Part shown: piece after piece, positions 35,199 to 44,995 of the stretch
How positions within the stretch are numbered: position 1 is the stretch's first letter
How the letters are laid out: every line of letters begins with the position of its first letter
The notes under the pieces: model-generated
The model's database searches: none
Told to the model about the DNA's origin: nothing
The model's input: the letters and a program-made list of their open reading frames with translations, nothing else
NCBI GenBank assembly: GCA_001002325.1
Contig: LCNZ01000003.1
Span: forward strand, 7,484-71,483
Origin: Candidatus Amesbacteria bacterium GW2011_GWB1_47_19
Lineage (GTDB): Bacteria > Patescibacteriota > Microgenomatia > CAZETR01 > Amesbacteraceae
Direction: 5' to 3'
DNA: 64,000 nt
Translations under genes and position numbers: made by a program

Positions 35199-36383
35199 GT
35201 GCCCAAACTGCCCCGCAGTAAAATCCATTTTGTAATCCTTTTGTTCCTGGCCGTTCTGGTGTTCTCAGTCCTGATTTTCCGCCTGGCCTCTTTAAACACC
35301 CGCCTGTCTCTCCTGCAACAAACTATATTCACCCAAACAGAGCAAATCTCATCCGCCAGCGCCAGTGTTGCCTCCCACGCTTCCCGGATAGCTGAATTGG
35401 AGTCCGAAGACCAGCGCCTCAAAAACCAAAAATTATCAGCTGACATCACTGAAATTAAAAAGGCTTATACCAAATCCGTTACAGTCTACGAAAATCTGAC
35501 CGATCTGAAAACTCCGGTTGCCAAACTCTCCAATGCCTTCGCGGAAGCCATCTCCTTACTGGCTAAAGAAAACTACGCATCCGCTTCCTCAAAAATGGAT
35601 CAGCTGACCCGGGACATTTCCGCCGAATCTGCCAAACAAGTAGCTGCTGCCATCCCCCCGCCTGCCGCTGCCCCCCAAAACAATGCCCCACCCTCCGCCG
35701 GTTACAGCCGCCAGACCGTATCCAGCGATGCCGGTAATTTCGTGGTCTCCATTGTCTCTGCCGATCTGAGAAGCACCCGCGTGATAGTCGATACCTCTTC
35801 CGATTCCGATTGCGGCAACAACTGTCCCGTCCTGCCCCTGGCAACTTACATTTCCCGTTCCGGCGCTTTCGCCGGTGTCAACGGCTCCTACTTTTGTCCA
35901 GCTTCATACCCCACCTGCTCCGGCAAGACCAACACCTTTGACCTGCTAGTCATGAATAAGAACAAGTATTATTTCAATTCCGGTAACAATGTCTACAGTA
36001 ATAATCCGGCTGTCATTTTCGGCGGCGGGTATATCCGCTTTGTTTCCGCGGTTTCCCAATGGGGCCGGGACACGGGAGTGGACGGAGTTCTATCAAATTA
36101 CCCCCTCCTGGTTCAGGGAGGTAACATCATCTTCGGCGGCAACGACGATCCCAAACAGGGCAGTAAGGGTAACCGCAGTTTTGTGGCTAACAAAGGCAAT
36201 ACGGTTTACATTGGTGTCGTCCACTCCGCCACTGTGGCCGAATCCGCCCGCGTCCTCAAATCTCTGGGAATGGAAAACGGGCTCAATCTTGACGACGGCG
36301 GCTCGACAGCCCTCTACAGCGGCGGCTACAAAGTCGGCCCCGGCAGGGACCTTCCCAACGCTATTTTATTTGTCAGAAAGTGA
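35199..36383 (+). CDS. phosphodiester glycosidase family protein (NAGPA/DUF2233-like), membrane anchored
   Basis: N-terminal TM plus a coiled region. C-terminal motifs GVNGSYF and LNLDGGGSTAL are typical of the phosphodiester glycosidase family. Confidence 0.6.
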   Translation: MPKLPRSKIHFVILLFLAVLVFSVLIFRLASLNTRLSLLQQTIFTQTEQISSASASVASHASRIAELESEDQRLKNQKLSADITEIKKAYTKSVTVYENLTDLKTPVAKLSNAFAEAISLLAKENYASASSKMDQLTRDISAESAKQVAAAIPPPAAAPQNNAPPSAGYSRQTVSSDAGNFVVSIVSADLRSTRVIVDTSSDSDCGNNCPVLPLATYISRSGAFAGVNGSYFCPASYPTCSGKTNTFDLLVMNKNKYYFNSGNNVYSNNPAVIFGGGYIRFVSAVSQWGRDTGVDGVLSNYPLLVQGGNIIFGGNDDPKQGSKGNRSFVANKGNTVYIGVVHSATVAESARVLKSLGMENGLNLDDGGSTALYSGGYKVGPGRDLPNAILFVRK

Positions 36384-36401
36384 CATGGTATTATCATCGG
36401 C

Positions 36402-36788
36402 ATGCGCTATGCAATCGAAGTCAAAAAATTGGTCAAAAAGTACTCCAAAGCCCCAGTACCTGCGGTAGATGGTGTAAGTTTTAACGTCAGCCGGGGAGCA
36501 TTTTTCTCTCACTTCCGGCGTTTCCCTTGTCACCGGTTTCGATTCCGAAGCCCAGCCTGGACCAGAACCTGACCGCCGAAGAAAACGTCCGATTTCATGC
36601 GGCTCTCTATGGACTCTATCCGTTTCAGCCGCTGTATCGTCACATGCCGGAAGCTTACAAAAACCAGGTTACCCGACTCTCGGAAGTTCTGGTTTGACCG
36701 CCGCCCAGCTGCAACAGCCGGTCAAAAACCTCTCCGGAAGAAGCTGAGAATTCAGATCAGGTATGTATTATCAACCAGGGCCGGATAA
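36402..36788 (+). pseudogene. ABC transporter ATP-binding protein, decayed (frameshifts/deletions)
   Basis: Starts MRYAIEVKKLVKKYSKAPVPAVDGVSFNVSRGAFF but the Walker A is missing. Later fragments LDQNLTAEENVRFHAALYGL, LTAAQLQQPVKNLSG and GRIIAAGRHTTLEQ sit in different frames. Confidence 0.55.
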
Positions 36789-37200
36789 TTGCCGCCGGCC
36801 GCCACACCACCCTGGAACAGGCATATCCAGGCTATCATCGCCATTGCCTCCCGGGATGTCATCAAACTTACCCGTGACCGGACCCGGGTACTTTTCAGTT
36901 TCGTCTTTCCCTTTATATTCATCGGTATTCTCGGCTCCAGTCTTCAGGCCAACTTAAGTGCCAGTCTGGGCTTCAACCTTCTGCTTTTTACTTTCCTGGG
37001 AGTGCTGGCCCAAACTTTTTTTCAGTCCTCCGCTTCTGGTATTATTTCCCTGGTCACTGACCGAGATACCGATTTTGCCCAGGAAATGTTCGTCGCCCCC
37101 ATTCCCCTCTGGTCAATCTGCTCATCATCCTGACCATGTCCGTCGGGCTCCTCCTGATCGGCACCCGAATCTTTGTCGCCCGAGAACGCAACCGCTAACC
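36789..37200 (+). pseudogene. ABC-2 type transporter permease, truncated/frameshifted
   Basis: N-terminus HIQAIIAIASRDVIKLTRDRTRVLFSFVFPFIFIGILG is typical of ABC-2 permeases. The ORF ends after 114 aa and a C-terminal-like fragment (LLIGTRIFVARERNR) continues in another frame. Confidence 0.5.
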
Positions 37201-37206
37201 TGATGC

Positions 37207-37701
37207 CTATTGGGTCAGGTTTAATCTGACATTCACAATATTCTGCGCTGCATCCAGTGTGACTACCCCATAAAAAATCCCCTGCCCGCCGCATACATAC
37301 GGAAAAGTATGCTGCAGATCAGCTACTACCTGTTTCTTCAGCACCTCCGATTCCGGTATCCATTCCAGCTTTCCGTCCTTGGTTTCCCAACCTGCCGGCG
37401 GATCTCCGCCTTCCGATTCCACCACAAAATTCGCTATTATCCAGTCTCCATGCTTGCAACCCTCCTGCCTGACTATTCCCACCAGCTTAAACCGGCCTTC
37501 CTCCATCCGGAACCCGGTTTCTTCATGCACTTTTCTAACCGCGGTATCCAAATATGTTTCCCCTAATGCCACCCTGCCTCCCACTCCGTTGTACAACCCC
37601 GGATCGATATCTGTGTTCTCGATGCGTTTTAACATCAGGTATTGACTCTCATGCCGGATAAACACTACCACTGCCTCGTTAATCATCCTGATTCCGTTCA
37701 T
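37207..37701 (-). CDS. NUDIX hydrolase
   Basis: Nudix box GGRVALGETYLDTAVRKVHEETGF (Gx5Ex7REVxEExG). Confidence 0.8.
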   Translation of the reverse strand: MNGIRMINEAVVVFIRHESQYLMLKRIENTDIDPGLYNGVGGRVALGETYLDTAVRKVHEETGFRMEEGRFKLVGIVRQEGCKHGDWIIANFVVESEGGDPPAGWETKDGKLEWIPESEVLKKQVVADLQHTFPYVCGGQGIFYGVVTLDAAQNIVNVRLNLTQ

Positions 37702-37762
37702 ACTCCGATTCTACACCCTGGAAAAATCGTCAGTTTAATATATTTATTATAAAATCAAATTA

Positions 37763-39130
37763 ATGTCCCCTGCCGACTACCTGGACATCTTTCGCCACCC
37801 GGACATTCTGGTGGTATTGGCCACTGCCCCCACCGGATTTGGCCATCTGCGGGTCACCCAGGCCCTTAAAAACGGTTTACCTGAGCATCAGTCAGTTCCT
37901 GTCCTTGGCTTAAGTCATTCTTCCCTGCAGTTCCTTCATCGCCTGACCAGCCGCCATGTGATGTTACGTGCTTTTTTTGAATTCTTCCAGAACAATCCCG
38001 GAGCTGAAGAGGTTTTTACCCGCACCTATCGGTCCTACCTCTCCGTTTCTGCTTCAGACACCTACCGCGCGTTGTCCCGGCTGGTTCTCTCCCGCCGCCG
38101 CCACCCCCGGACTATAATTCTGGTTTGCACCCATTTCAGCCTCGCTCATGAAGCCGCAGCCGTCAAAACCCGCCTCCTTCGTGAATACAATTGCCGGCTT
38201 ATCATCAGCGTGACCGTCACCGACGATTCCCCACAGCGAATTTGGGCTGTCCCGGGAGCCGACTTTATTTTTGTCCCCAGCCTGAAGACCAAAGTTCTTC
38301 TGGACAAATACCTGCAGCGTTTCTCTCCGCCCCGGCCTCTGGTTATCATCTCCCCGTATCCGGTTGCCCCGGGATTAACCGTCCCCTTGTCCGCAGCCCG
38401 TTACACAGCCCGGGTGCACCAGCTGCAACCTCACACCCCCTCACCCTTAAATATCCTTCTGCCGGTATCCGGCGCCGCCGTCCAGCTATCATACTTTCGC
38501 GATTTGATTTCCGGTCTCAACGCCGCCGATAATCATCACCTCACCATTATCTCCCGGCAGTCGCCCGCCACCGCCTCTTTTCTCAGCTGGTGCCGTACGG
38601 TTCCCGGGATTGAGGTCATCAGTCACCTGCAGGATCTGGAGACGGTGATCGCATACGAGCATGCCCTTACCCGTTCCGTATTCAGTCTGGAAATCACCAA
38701 GCCGTCCGAGCAGTCTTTTAAAGCCTTGTTGACTCCGCACCAACGGGGAGGAGTCATACTCCTGTTTACCCGGCCCGTCGGCCGTCAGGAATATGACAAC
38801 CTGGATTTCCTGCGTCGCCACCGGCTGCTGCCCGACGCTGCTGATGCCAGAATTCTAAATGATCTCTGCCGTCACAATTCTACCTCCCGCATGGATGCCT
38901 CCTTCTACCGCCGGGCTCAAAACTGGCGTTGTCTGATGTTGCCCGATACCGGTAGTCTTGCTGCCCGGGCCATCACCTGTTTCAAAAATGCTTCGGTATT
39001 GTCATCCATGGCCAATTTTACCGGCTTTCTCAACCACCCGGAACTCAGAGGCGACGGCGTGCGTATTTTCTGGCAACAACTGTCAGGCCACATTCAGAAA
39101 ATTATACAAAACGGCTCTGCCCGTCCATAA
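37763..39130 (+). CDS. putative glycosyltransferase, MGDG-synthase/UgtP-like (GT28)
   Basis: N-terminal ILVVLATAPTGFGHLRVTQAL resembles the UgtP/MGDG synthase motif LILTASyGnGH. Later segments (TDDSPQRIW) are also alignable. Arg/Leu/Pro-rich with GC-rich codons compared with its neighbours. Confidence 0.4.
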   Translation: MSPADYLDIFRHPDILVVLATAPTGFGHLRVTQALKNGLPEHQSVPVLGLSHSSLQFLHRLTSRHVMLRAFFEFFQNNPGAEEVFTRTYRSYLSVSASDTYRALSRLVLSRRRHPRTIILVCTHFSLAHEAAAVKTRLLREYNCRLIISVTVTDDSPQRIWAVPGADFIFVPSLKTKVLLDKYLQRFSPPRPLVIISPYPVAPGLTVPLSAARYTARVHQLQPHTPSPLNILLPVSGAAVQLSYFRDLISGLNAADNHHLTIISRQSPATASFLSWCRTVPGIEVISHLQDLETVIAYEHALTRSVFSLEITKPSEQSFKALLTPHQRGGVILLFTRPVGRQEYDNLDFLRRHRLLPDAADARILNDLCRHNSTSRMDASFYRRAQNWRCLMLPDTGSLAARAITCFKNASVLSSMANFTGFLNHPELRGDGVRIFWQQLSGHIQKIIQNGSARP

Positions 39131-39132
39131 CC

Positions 39133-40071
39133 ATGCTCTTATCCATCTTATTATTATCCGCAGGACTGCTGATTCTTCTCTGGTCCACCCGTTTATTTGT
39201 AATTCAGGCGGAAAATGCTTCCCGTTCTCTGCGTCTCTCCCCTTTGATAATAGGAACTACTCTGGTCGCTATTGGAACATCCATGCCCGAGCTGGCCGTC
39301 TCAGTCACCGCCGCGGTCAGGGGGGATTACGGACTGGCGCTGGGTAACATTATCGGCTCCAATATCCTTAATATTCTGCTGGTTTTTTCCGTCGGATTGC
39401 TGTCCGGCCGCATCCGCATCGGTACTACCAAAACCCCCAGAAACATTTTCCTGCTGCTGCTGTTTACCACCCTTTTTTCTCTTCAGGCCCATTCCCCTGT
39501 TTCCCGGTTCCCTCCGGGATTGATTCTTCTGCTTCTGGCGGTCATATTTACCGGACTGGAATATTTTTGGGGTTTGGCCGGAAGAAAAAAGGAAGACCGT
39601 GCCCGGCTCCAACTAAAGCACTATCCCCGTTTCAAATGGCCGCCCCTGGTCTTTTCCCTGGCTACCATCTTCGTTGCCGGGTATATCACCGTTATCCAAG
39701 TGGAAAATATCTCCCTGTTAACCGGTCTGTCGACCACTTTTTTTGGTTTGACTCTCACCGCCATAGCCACCTCCCTGCCTGAACTGGTTACTACTCTTTT
39801 CAGTCAAAACGACCATCAGGACAAACTCACTGCCGGCAATATCATCGGCAGCAATATTTACAACCTGCTGCTCATAGGAGGCCTGGTTTTGCTGCTTACA
39901 CCGCGCCCGTTTGTCCGGATACTACCCCTGACGGATTTCGTCTTCCTGCTCTTAACCACCCTGGGATTCTGCCTCACTCTGTTTGCTCACAAAGGCCGGG
40001 TCATACCCAAATATTTTGCTTTGATTTTCATCTTACTGGTCCCGCTTTACTTATTTATTATTTACCCGTAA
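39133..40071 (+). CDS. calcium/sodium:cation antiporter (CaCA family, YrbG-like)
   Basis: Two alpha-repeat signatures GTSMPELAVS and ATSLPELVTT, 10 TM helices. Confidence 0.8.
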   Translation: MLLSILLLSAGLLILLWSTRLFVIQAENASRSLRLSPLIIGTTLVAIGTSMPELAVSVTAAVRGDYGLALGNIIGSNILNILLVFSVGLLSGRIRIGTTKTPRNIFLLLLFTTLFSLQAHSPVSRFPPGLILLLLAVIFTGLEYFWGLAGRKKEDRARLQLKHYPRFKWPPLVFSLATIFVAGYITVIQVENISLLTGLSTTFFGLTLTAIATSLPELVTTLFSQNDHQDKLTAGNIIGSNIYNLLLIGGLVLLLTPRPFVRILPLTDFVFLLLTTLGFCLTLFAHKGRVIPKYFALIFILLVPLYLFIIYP

Positions 40072-40081
40072 TATCCTTTCC

Positions 40082-40264
40082 ATGCCTAAACGCGCCATCT
40101 TTTTGATTCTGATTATTTTTCTGGCAATCACTGTATTGGTCTGGTTTAAAACTTCGGCTAACCGCCCTCTGATTTACGCCTGTCCCATGGATGCCAATGT
40201 CTGTCCGGACGGCACCAGTGTCGGTCGGGTGCTTCCTGATTGCAAATTCGCTCCCTGCCCCTGA
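40082..40264 (+). CDS. small secreted cysteine-containing protein
   Basis: 60 aa with a signal/TM segment followed by four Cys (CPMDANVCPDG...CKFAPC). Confidence 0.25.
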   Translation: MPKRAIFLILIIFLAITVLVWFKTSANRPLIYACPMDANVCPDGTSVGRVLPDCKFAPCP

Positions 40265-40271
40265 AAGTCGG

Positions 40272-41288
40272 CTACTTTATTCCGTACCTTTCGCTTGCCA
40301 GATCGATAATCCTTTTCACCAATGCCGGGAAATCCATCCCCGCTGTTCTGGCAGCCAGCGGAAAATAACTGATAACTTTCTCGTCTGGATTGATTCCCGG
40401 CAATGTATTTATCTCCAAAAAATACAGCTCCCCCCTGGAGTTCATCCGGAAATCTATCCGGGCACAGTCCCGTACTTCCAATGTCCTATAGACTAGTTTC
40501 GCCGTTTCATTAATCTCCGTCTCCAGGCCAGGGTCGATTTTTGCCGGACAGTCGCAGGCTTGAGACACATCCGTCAGCGTATCCTCATACAGCCATTTCA
40601 GTTCAAAACCCGCGATTTTTCTCATCCCCTGGGGCAGGAAATCAAATTTCTGCTCGATAATCGGCAGCACCTGCAGCTCCCGGTTACCCATTACAGCCAC
40701 AGTAAACTCTCTTCCGTCCAGGAACTCTTCCACCAGCAGCTGTCCCTCAAAACCCCCGGCATACATGTCCCCGATCCGGGCATTCAGCTCTTCCTGGTTG
40801 TCCACCACATTTTTATCAAACACCCCGATACTCGATCCCTCGGTGTTGGGTTTTATTATCACCGGCCAATCCCAACCTCTCGGCAGTTTTACAACATCCC
40901 CCGCTTGGGCCAGCATCGACCCGGGCACTTTTACGCCCACTCCGGTCACTACAAGTTTGGTCAGGTTCTTACGCAGTTTTATCGCGTGCGTCGTAGGCGA
41001 CGAATGAGTATAGGGAATTTTCAACATCTCGCAAAAAAGGGGTATCTGTGACTCTCTGGCATCGCCGCTCAAACCTTCGGCTATATTGAATACCAGATCA
41101 ATTTTATCCCTAAGATCATTAAGTTTCTCAAACGCCCGTGAATCCGCCTCCATTCTTTCCGTCCGGTGTCCCAACCCTTCGATAGTCTTTATAATCGCCT
41201 CAATCGTCTCCGGAGAATCGAAATCCAATTCTCTTTTCATTCCTTGACCCTGATCATGTTTTACGTTGTAAGCAAACCCTATCCGCAT
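40272..41288 (-). CDS. ddl: D-alanine--D-alanine ligase family ATP-grasp enzyme
   Basis: C-terminal RIDFRMNSRGELYFLEINTLPG matches the Ddl motif (RvDFfl..dGe.ylnEiNTmPG). ATP-grasp core present. Start chosen at internal Met MRIGFAYNV. Confidence 0.6.
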   Translation of the reverse strand: MRIGFAYNVKHDQGQGMKRELDFDSPETIEAIIKTIEGLGHRTERMEADSRAFEKLNDLRDKIDLVFNIAEGLSGDARESQIPLFCEMLKIPYTHSSPTTHAIKLRKNLTKLVVTGVGVKVPGSMLAQAGDVVKLPRGWDWPVIIKPNTEGSSIGVFDKNVVDNQEELNARIGDMYAGGFEGQLLVEEFLDGREFTVAVMGNRELQVLPIIEQKFDFLPQGMRKIAGFELKWLYEDTLTDVSQACDCPAKIDPGLETEINETAKLVYRTLEVRDCARIDFRMNSRGELYFLEINTLPGINPDEKVISYFPLAARTAGMDFPALVKRIIDLASERYGIK

Positions 41289-41347
41289 AAAATATATGTA
41301 TACCACAATTTGACTTGGCATTCGCGCTGGCTTAATATCCACGGCAC

Positions 41348-42199
41348 ATGGACGATTTCACAGAGACTCCTATTAGCCCCCGTCAATCCGACCGCCGCCT
41401 GATACGAACCGCAATTAATAGTCTGCTTCTGATTCTTATTCTGGCCGGAATCGGTACGGGCATTTACTGGTTTACCCGTCCCGCCCCCGAATCCACAGCG
41501 GTATTGGGTACCGAGGCTGAAATCACACCTTCGCCTACCCCCCAACCTACCGCCGTCCCCTCACCTACTCTCAAACCCAGTTCCACTCCCAAACCGACAA
41601 CCACTCCCAAACCCACCTCCGTTCCGTCCGCCACCCCCTCACCCACTCCTGCTTCCAAAACCATCACAGTTACCTCCAATTCCGGTATTGACGGTTTCCG
41701 GGCAAATAACAACGGCGGCAATTCCACTATCGAAATCCGGGCGGGTAATGGCAATATGGTTGGTGCTCCGGCTTACGAGTTGGTTTCCCGGGGTTTCGTC
41801 AGTTTTAGTGTACCCTCGGAAGTAGCAGGCAAAATCATCGACCAGGCTACTCTTCGGCTCTACCAATACCAGGTCTCGGGCACGCCGTATGCATCCGGAA
41901 ACAAATTGATAATTGATCATCTGGATTATGGATCGGAATTGGCTTCTGATGATTATGACCGCAGCCCGATTTCCTCAAACATCGGTGCTCTGACCGACAG
42001 TCCCGTCGTTGAATGGAAAGACTTTTCTGTCACATCGGCAATTTCATCCGACGTTACAGCCGGACACTCCCGGTCCCAATTCCGCTTGCGTTTTTCTACC
42101 GAAACCGACAGCGATAGTTCTGAGGACGTAGCCTATTTTTACTCCAACAATTCCGGCTCCAATACCTATCCTCCCCAGCTTGTCATAAAATACCATTAG
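41348..42199 (+). CDS. membrane-anchored extracellular protein with Pro/Thr-rich linker
   Basis: N-terminal TM followed by (PTPxP)n low-complexity and a beta-rich C-terminal domain. Confidence 0.35.
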   Translation: MDDFTETPISPRQSDRRLIRTAINSLLLILILAGIGTGIYWFTRPAPESTAVLGTEAEITPSPTPQPTAVPSPTLKPSSTPKPTTTPKPTSVPSATPSPTPASKTITVTSNSGIDGFRANNNGGNSTIEIRAGNGNMVGAPAYELVSRGFVSFSVPSEVAGKIIDQATLRLYQYQVSGTPYASGNKLIIDHLDYGSELASDDYDRSPISSNIGALTDSPVVEWKDFSVTSAISSDVTAGHSRSQFRLRFSTETDSDSSEDVAYFYSNNSGSNTYPPQLVIKYH

Positions 42200-42203
42200 A
42201 CTC

Positions 42204-43226
42204 GTGGCTAAATCTCCCAAAATAGTAACCATCGGCGGTGGAACTGGGGCCCCTACGGTTATCCGGGCTCTCCTCCTGGCTGGGTTCTCGGATATTTCCG
42301 CCATCTCCGCCTCCACCGATTCGGGCGGCAAGACCGGCCAGCTCCGAACTGACGAACGGGACCGTGTGATCGCCATCTCCGACCTGTTACGCAACCTTTT
42401 GGCCTTGATTTCCCCCCGTCAGAAACATTTGGAACATGTGGCTGCCTTCACTGACCTGCTCGGGTTCACGGACGGGCGCAACCGCAATCTGGGCTATACC
42501 CTTTACTACGCATTATTGGAAAAGTATGACGGCGATTTCCTGGCTGTGCAAAATCACCTCGAACGTTTGTTGGGAGCTAAATTTGCGGGAACCGCCATCC
42601 CTGTCACTCTGCAACCTACCCACATCAGCTTCTCCACCCAGTCCGGCGCCGTATTCCACGGCGAACACGAGCTGGATCGCCAGACCATGTCCAGAAACGC
42701 CATTACCGGTTTCTGGCTGGACGGCCCGGCCCCGGCTTCCCCCCAGGCTATTTCTGCCATCCGTCAGGCTACCCATATTATTTATTGTCCGGGCAGTATT
42801 TACGGCTCCGTCCTGGTAAACTTTCTGGCCAGGGGCATCTCTCCCGTACTCAAATCTTCCAAGGCAGTAAAAATCCTGATTGCAAACCTGGTTTCCAACC
42901 GCAACCAGACTCACGAATTCACTCCCACGGACTATTTCCGCCTTTTCGCGAAATATACCCGGTTGGATCCTCCGTTCAATTTGTTCCTCTGTCCGGACAC
43001 CAGTCGCCACGATTTCGAGATCCGGTATCCCGAAGTTGCTGCCAACTACGGTGCTGAGCATTCGCACTTTTTAGGCTGGGACAAAGAAAAGCTTGCGGTT
43101 CTGAAGAAATTCAAAATTACGCCTGTACCTGCAGAAATTTTCTCAGTCACGCCGGAATATTCCCGACTCCGCCACGACCCGGTCAAGCTCGCAAAAATAC
43201 TCAAACAAGTGATTCATAAGGTATAA
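42204..43226 (+). CDS. YvcK/CofD family protein (UPF0052, gluconeogenesis factor-like)
   Basis: IVTIGGGTGAPTVIRAL and ASTDSGGKTGQLR correspond to the family motifs (vIGGGTG, DDGGSSGrLR). Confidence 0.65.
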   Translation: MAKSPKIVTIGGGTGAPTVIRALLLAGFSDISAISASTDSGGKTGQLRTDERDRVIAISDLLRNLLALISPRQKHLEHVAAFTDLLGFTDGRNRNLGYTLYYALLEKYDGDFLAVQNHLERLLGAKFAGTAIPVTLQPTHISFSTQSGAVFHGEHELDRQTMSRNAITGFWLDGPAPASPQAISAIRQATHIIYCPGSIYGSVLVNFLARGISPVLKSSKAVKILIANLVSNRNQTHEFTPTDYFRLFAKYTRLDPPFNLFLCPDTSRHDFEIRYPEVAANYGAEHSHFLGWDKEKLAVLKKFKITPVPAEIFSVTPEYSRLRHDPVKLAKILKQVIHKV

Positions 43227-43238
43227 TAATATAACCTT

Positions 43239-43469
43239 TTGCTTATGAAAGAGATCAAAAAAGAGCACTCCAAAAAACTAATACTTCTGGGCTTAATCTC
43301 CTTGGCAATAATATTCGGACTTATTGCCGCCTCTTATGAAATAAGCGTTTTGTACAACACAATTGCGACTCATGCCATCGGTACTCTCACTGCTCAGGTT
43401 CCAGTACCCACCTCAGACGGTTCCCTGCATGGCCAGCTCATTCTTGCCACTCCATTGCTAATTCCGTAA
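43239..43469 (+). CDS. small membrane protein, hypothetical
   Basis: 76 aa with one TM helix. Confidence 0.3.
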   Translation: MLMKEIKKEHSKKLILLGLISLAIIFGLIAASYEISVLYNTIATHAIGTLTAQVPVPTSDGSLHGQLILATPLLIP

Positions 43470-43483
43470 ATTTCTTATATAAT
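43455..43483 (+). promoter_or_regulatory. putative sigma70 promoter for secE-nusG (TTGCTA-17-TATAAT)
   Basis: TTGCTAattccgtaaatttcttaTATAAT lies about 50 nt upstream of the secE ATG at 43537. Confidence 0.45.
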
Positions 43484-43536
43484 CCTTGACACGAGTCGCA
43501 AGGCTCATTTTTTGTGCGGGTGATACAATTAAAACC

Positions 43537-43716
43537 ATGAATCCCCTAACCTATTTACGTGAGACCTTAAGCGAGTTAAAACAAGTCACCTGGCCTACCC
43601 GCCAGCAAACCATCCAATTAACCTTGATTGTCATCGGAATCTCGGTTTTGGTTGCCATTTATATTGGCTCGCTGGATTTCTTGTTTACCAATCTATTAAC
43701 CTCTATAGTCAAATAA
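43537..43716 (+). CDS. secE: preprotein translocase subunit SecE
   Basis: LRETLSELKQVTWPTRQQTIQLTLIVIGISVLVAIYIGSLDFLF fits the SecE pattern (EL.KV.WPtrke...T..Vi + TM). Start chosen at internal ATG. Confidence 0.75.
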   Translation: MNPLTYLRETLSELKQVTWPTRQQTIQLTLIVIGISVLVAIYIGSLDFLFTNLLTSIVK

Positions 43717-43718
43717 AT

Positions 43719-44336
43719 ATGGACGAAGAGCAGACATCCGTCACTGAGCGTGGTCTGGGATCAAAAGTTATTCCCGGCCACATTATCGTAAATGACAAAA
43801 AAGAACTGGCGGCCAACGCTCACTGGTATGTGGTCCACACATATTCCGGCCATGAAGCCCGGGTGGCCGAAACTCTGCGTCAGCGTGTGGCTACTTTAGG
43901 CCAGACCGACAAAGTTTTTGAGCTGTTGATTCCCACCCAGGACAAAATCCACATCAAACATGGCAAGAAATCCTCAGTCAGGGAAAAAATCTTTCCCGGA
44001 TACCTGCTGGTAAAAATGGTCGTTGACGACGATTCCTGGCTGGTGGTCCGCACCACTCAGGGGATCACCGGTTTCGTGGGTGTAGGTAATAAGCCTACCC
44101 CTCTTTCGGATACCGAGGTCACCGCCATCATGCAATTCGCCCAAATGGGAGCTCCCAAATACAAAGCTAATTTTAGCCTGGGAGAAGCAGTCAAGATTAC
44201 CGACGGTCCTTTTGCCGATTTCCTGGGGTCTATCGAAAGTATCGACGAATCTGCCGGTAAACTCCGGGTGCTCGTCTCGATCTTCGGCCGCGAAACCCCC
44301 GTCGAACTCGACTTTTTACAGGTAAAGAAGATATAA
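43719..44336 (+). CDS. nusG: transcription termination/antitermination protein NusG
   Basis: NGN domain (WYVVHTYSGHE, FPGYLLVKM) and KOW motif (GEAVKITDGPFADFLGSI). Confidence 0.9.
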   Translation: MDEEQTSVTERGLGSKVIPGHIIVNDKKELAANAHWYVVHTYSGHEARVAETLRQRVATLGQTDKVFELLIPTQDKIHIKHGKKSSVREKIFPGYLLVKMVVDDDSWLVVRTTQGITGFVGVGNKPTPLSDTEVTAIMQFAQMGAPKYKANFSLGEAVKITDGPFADFLGSIESIDESAGKLRVLVSIFGRETPVELDFLQVKKI

Positions 44337-44417
44337 TTCACCAAATTCTAAGCTTATATTATTTCAAATTTAGATATTATTTGATTATTAGAATTTAGTA
44401 TTTAGTATTTTTAAGGT

Positions 44418-44843
44418 ATGGCTCCCAAAAAAATCAAAACCACTCTTAAACTCAATCTCCCCGCCGGGGAGGCTTCTCCCGCCCCGCCGGTCGGTCCGGC
44501 ACTCGGTCAGCACGGTCTGCCCATCATGGATTTTGTCAAACAGTACAACGACAAAACCAAAGACCAAAAAGGCAACATCATCCCGGCTGTTATCACTGTT
44601 TACGAAGATCGCTCCTTCACCTTCGTTACCAAACTGCCCCCCGTGTCAGCCATGATCAAAAAAATCCTGAGCCTGCAAAAGGCCTCACAAAAACCCGGCC
44701 GTGAAACGGCCGGTACCCTGACTGCCGGCCAGGTGAAAGATATCGCCGAAAAGAAGCTGGAGGATCTGAACACCGAATCCCTGGAAGCCGCCATAAATAC
44801 AGTTACGGGTACCGCCCGCTCAATGGGCATCAAGGTCTCTTAA
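44418..44843 (+). CDS. rplK: 50S ribosomal protein L11
   Basis: APKKIKTTLKLNLPAGEASPAPPVGPALGQHGLPIMDFVKQYN is the canonical uL11 N-terminus. Confidence 0.9.
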   Translation: MAPKKIKTTLKLNLPAGEASPAPPVGPALGQHGLPIMDFVKQYNDKTKDQKGNIIPAVITVYEDRSFTFVTKLPPVSAMIKKILSLQKASQKPGRETAGTLTAGQVKDIAEKKLEDLNTESLEAAINTVTGTARSMGIKVS

Positions 44844-44995
44844 CTTCCTCACTGTCGGAATCGTCCGCCCTCAACCATCGGGGACATCGTCCCTGCTGAC
44901 ACACCAATTCCCTTACACCCGTCTTTTGGTTACTTTTCAATACCATTTTACCGGATACTTCACTTCAACCATAAAACTTTTCCGGAATTTTAACA

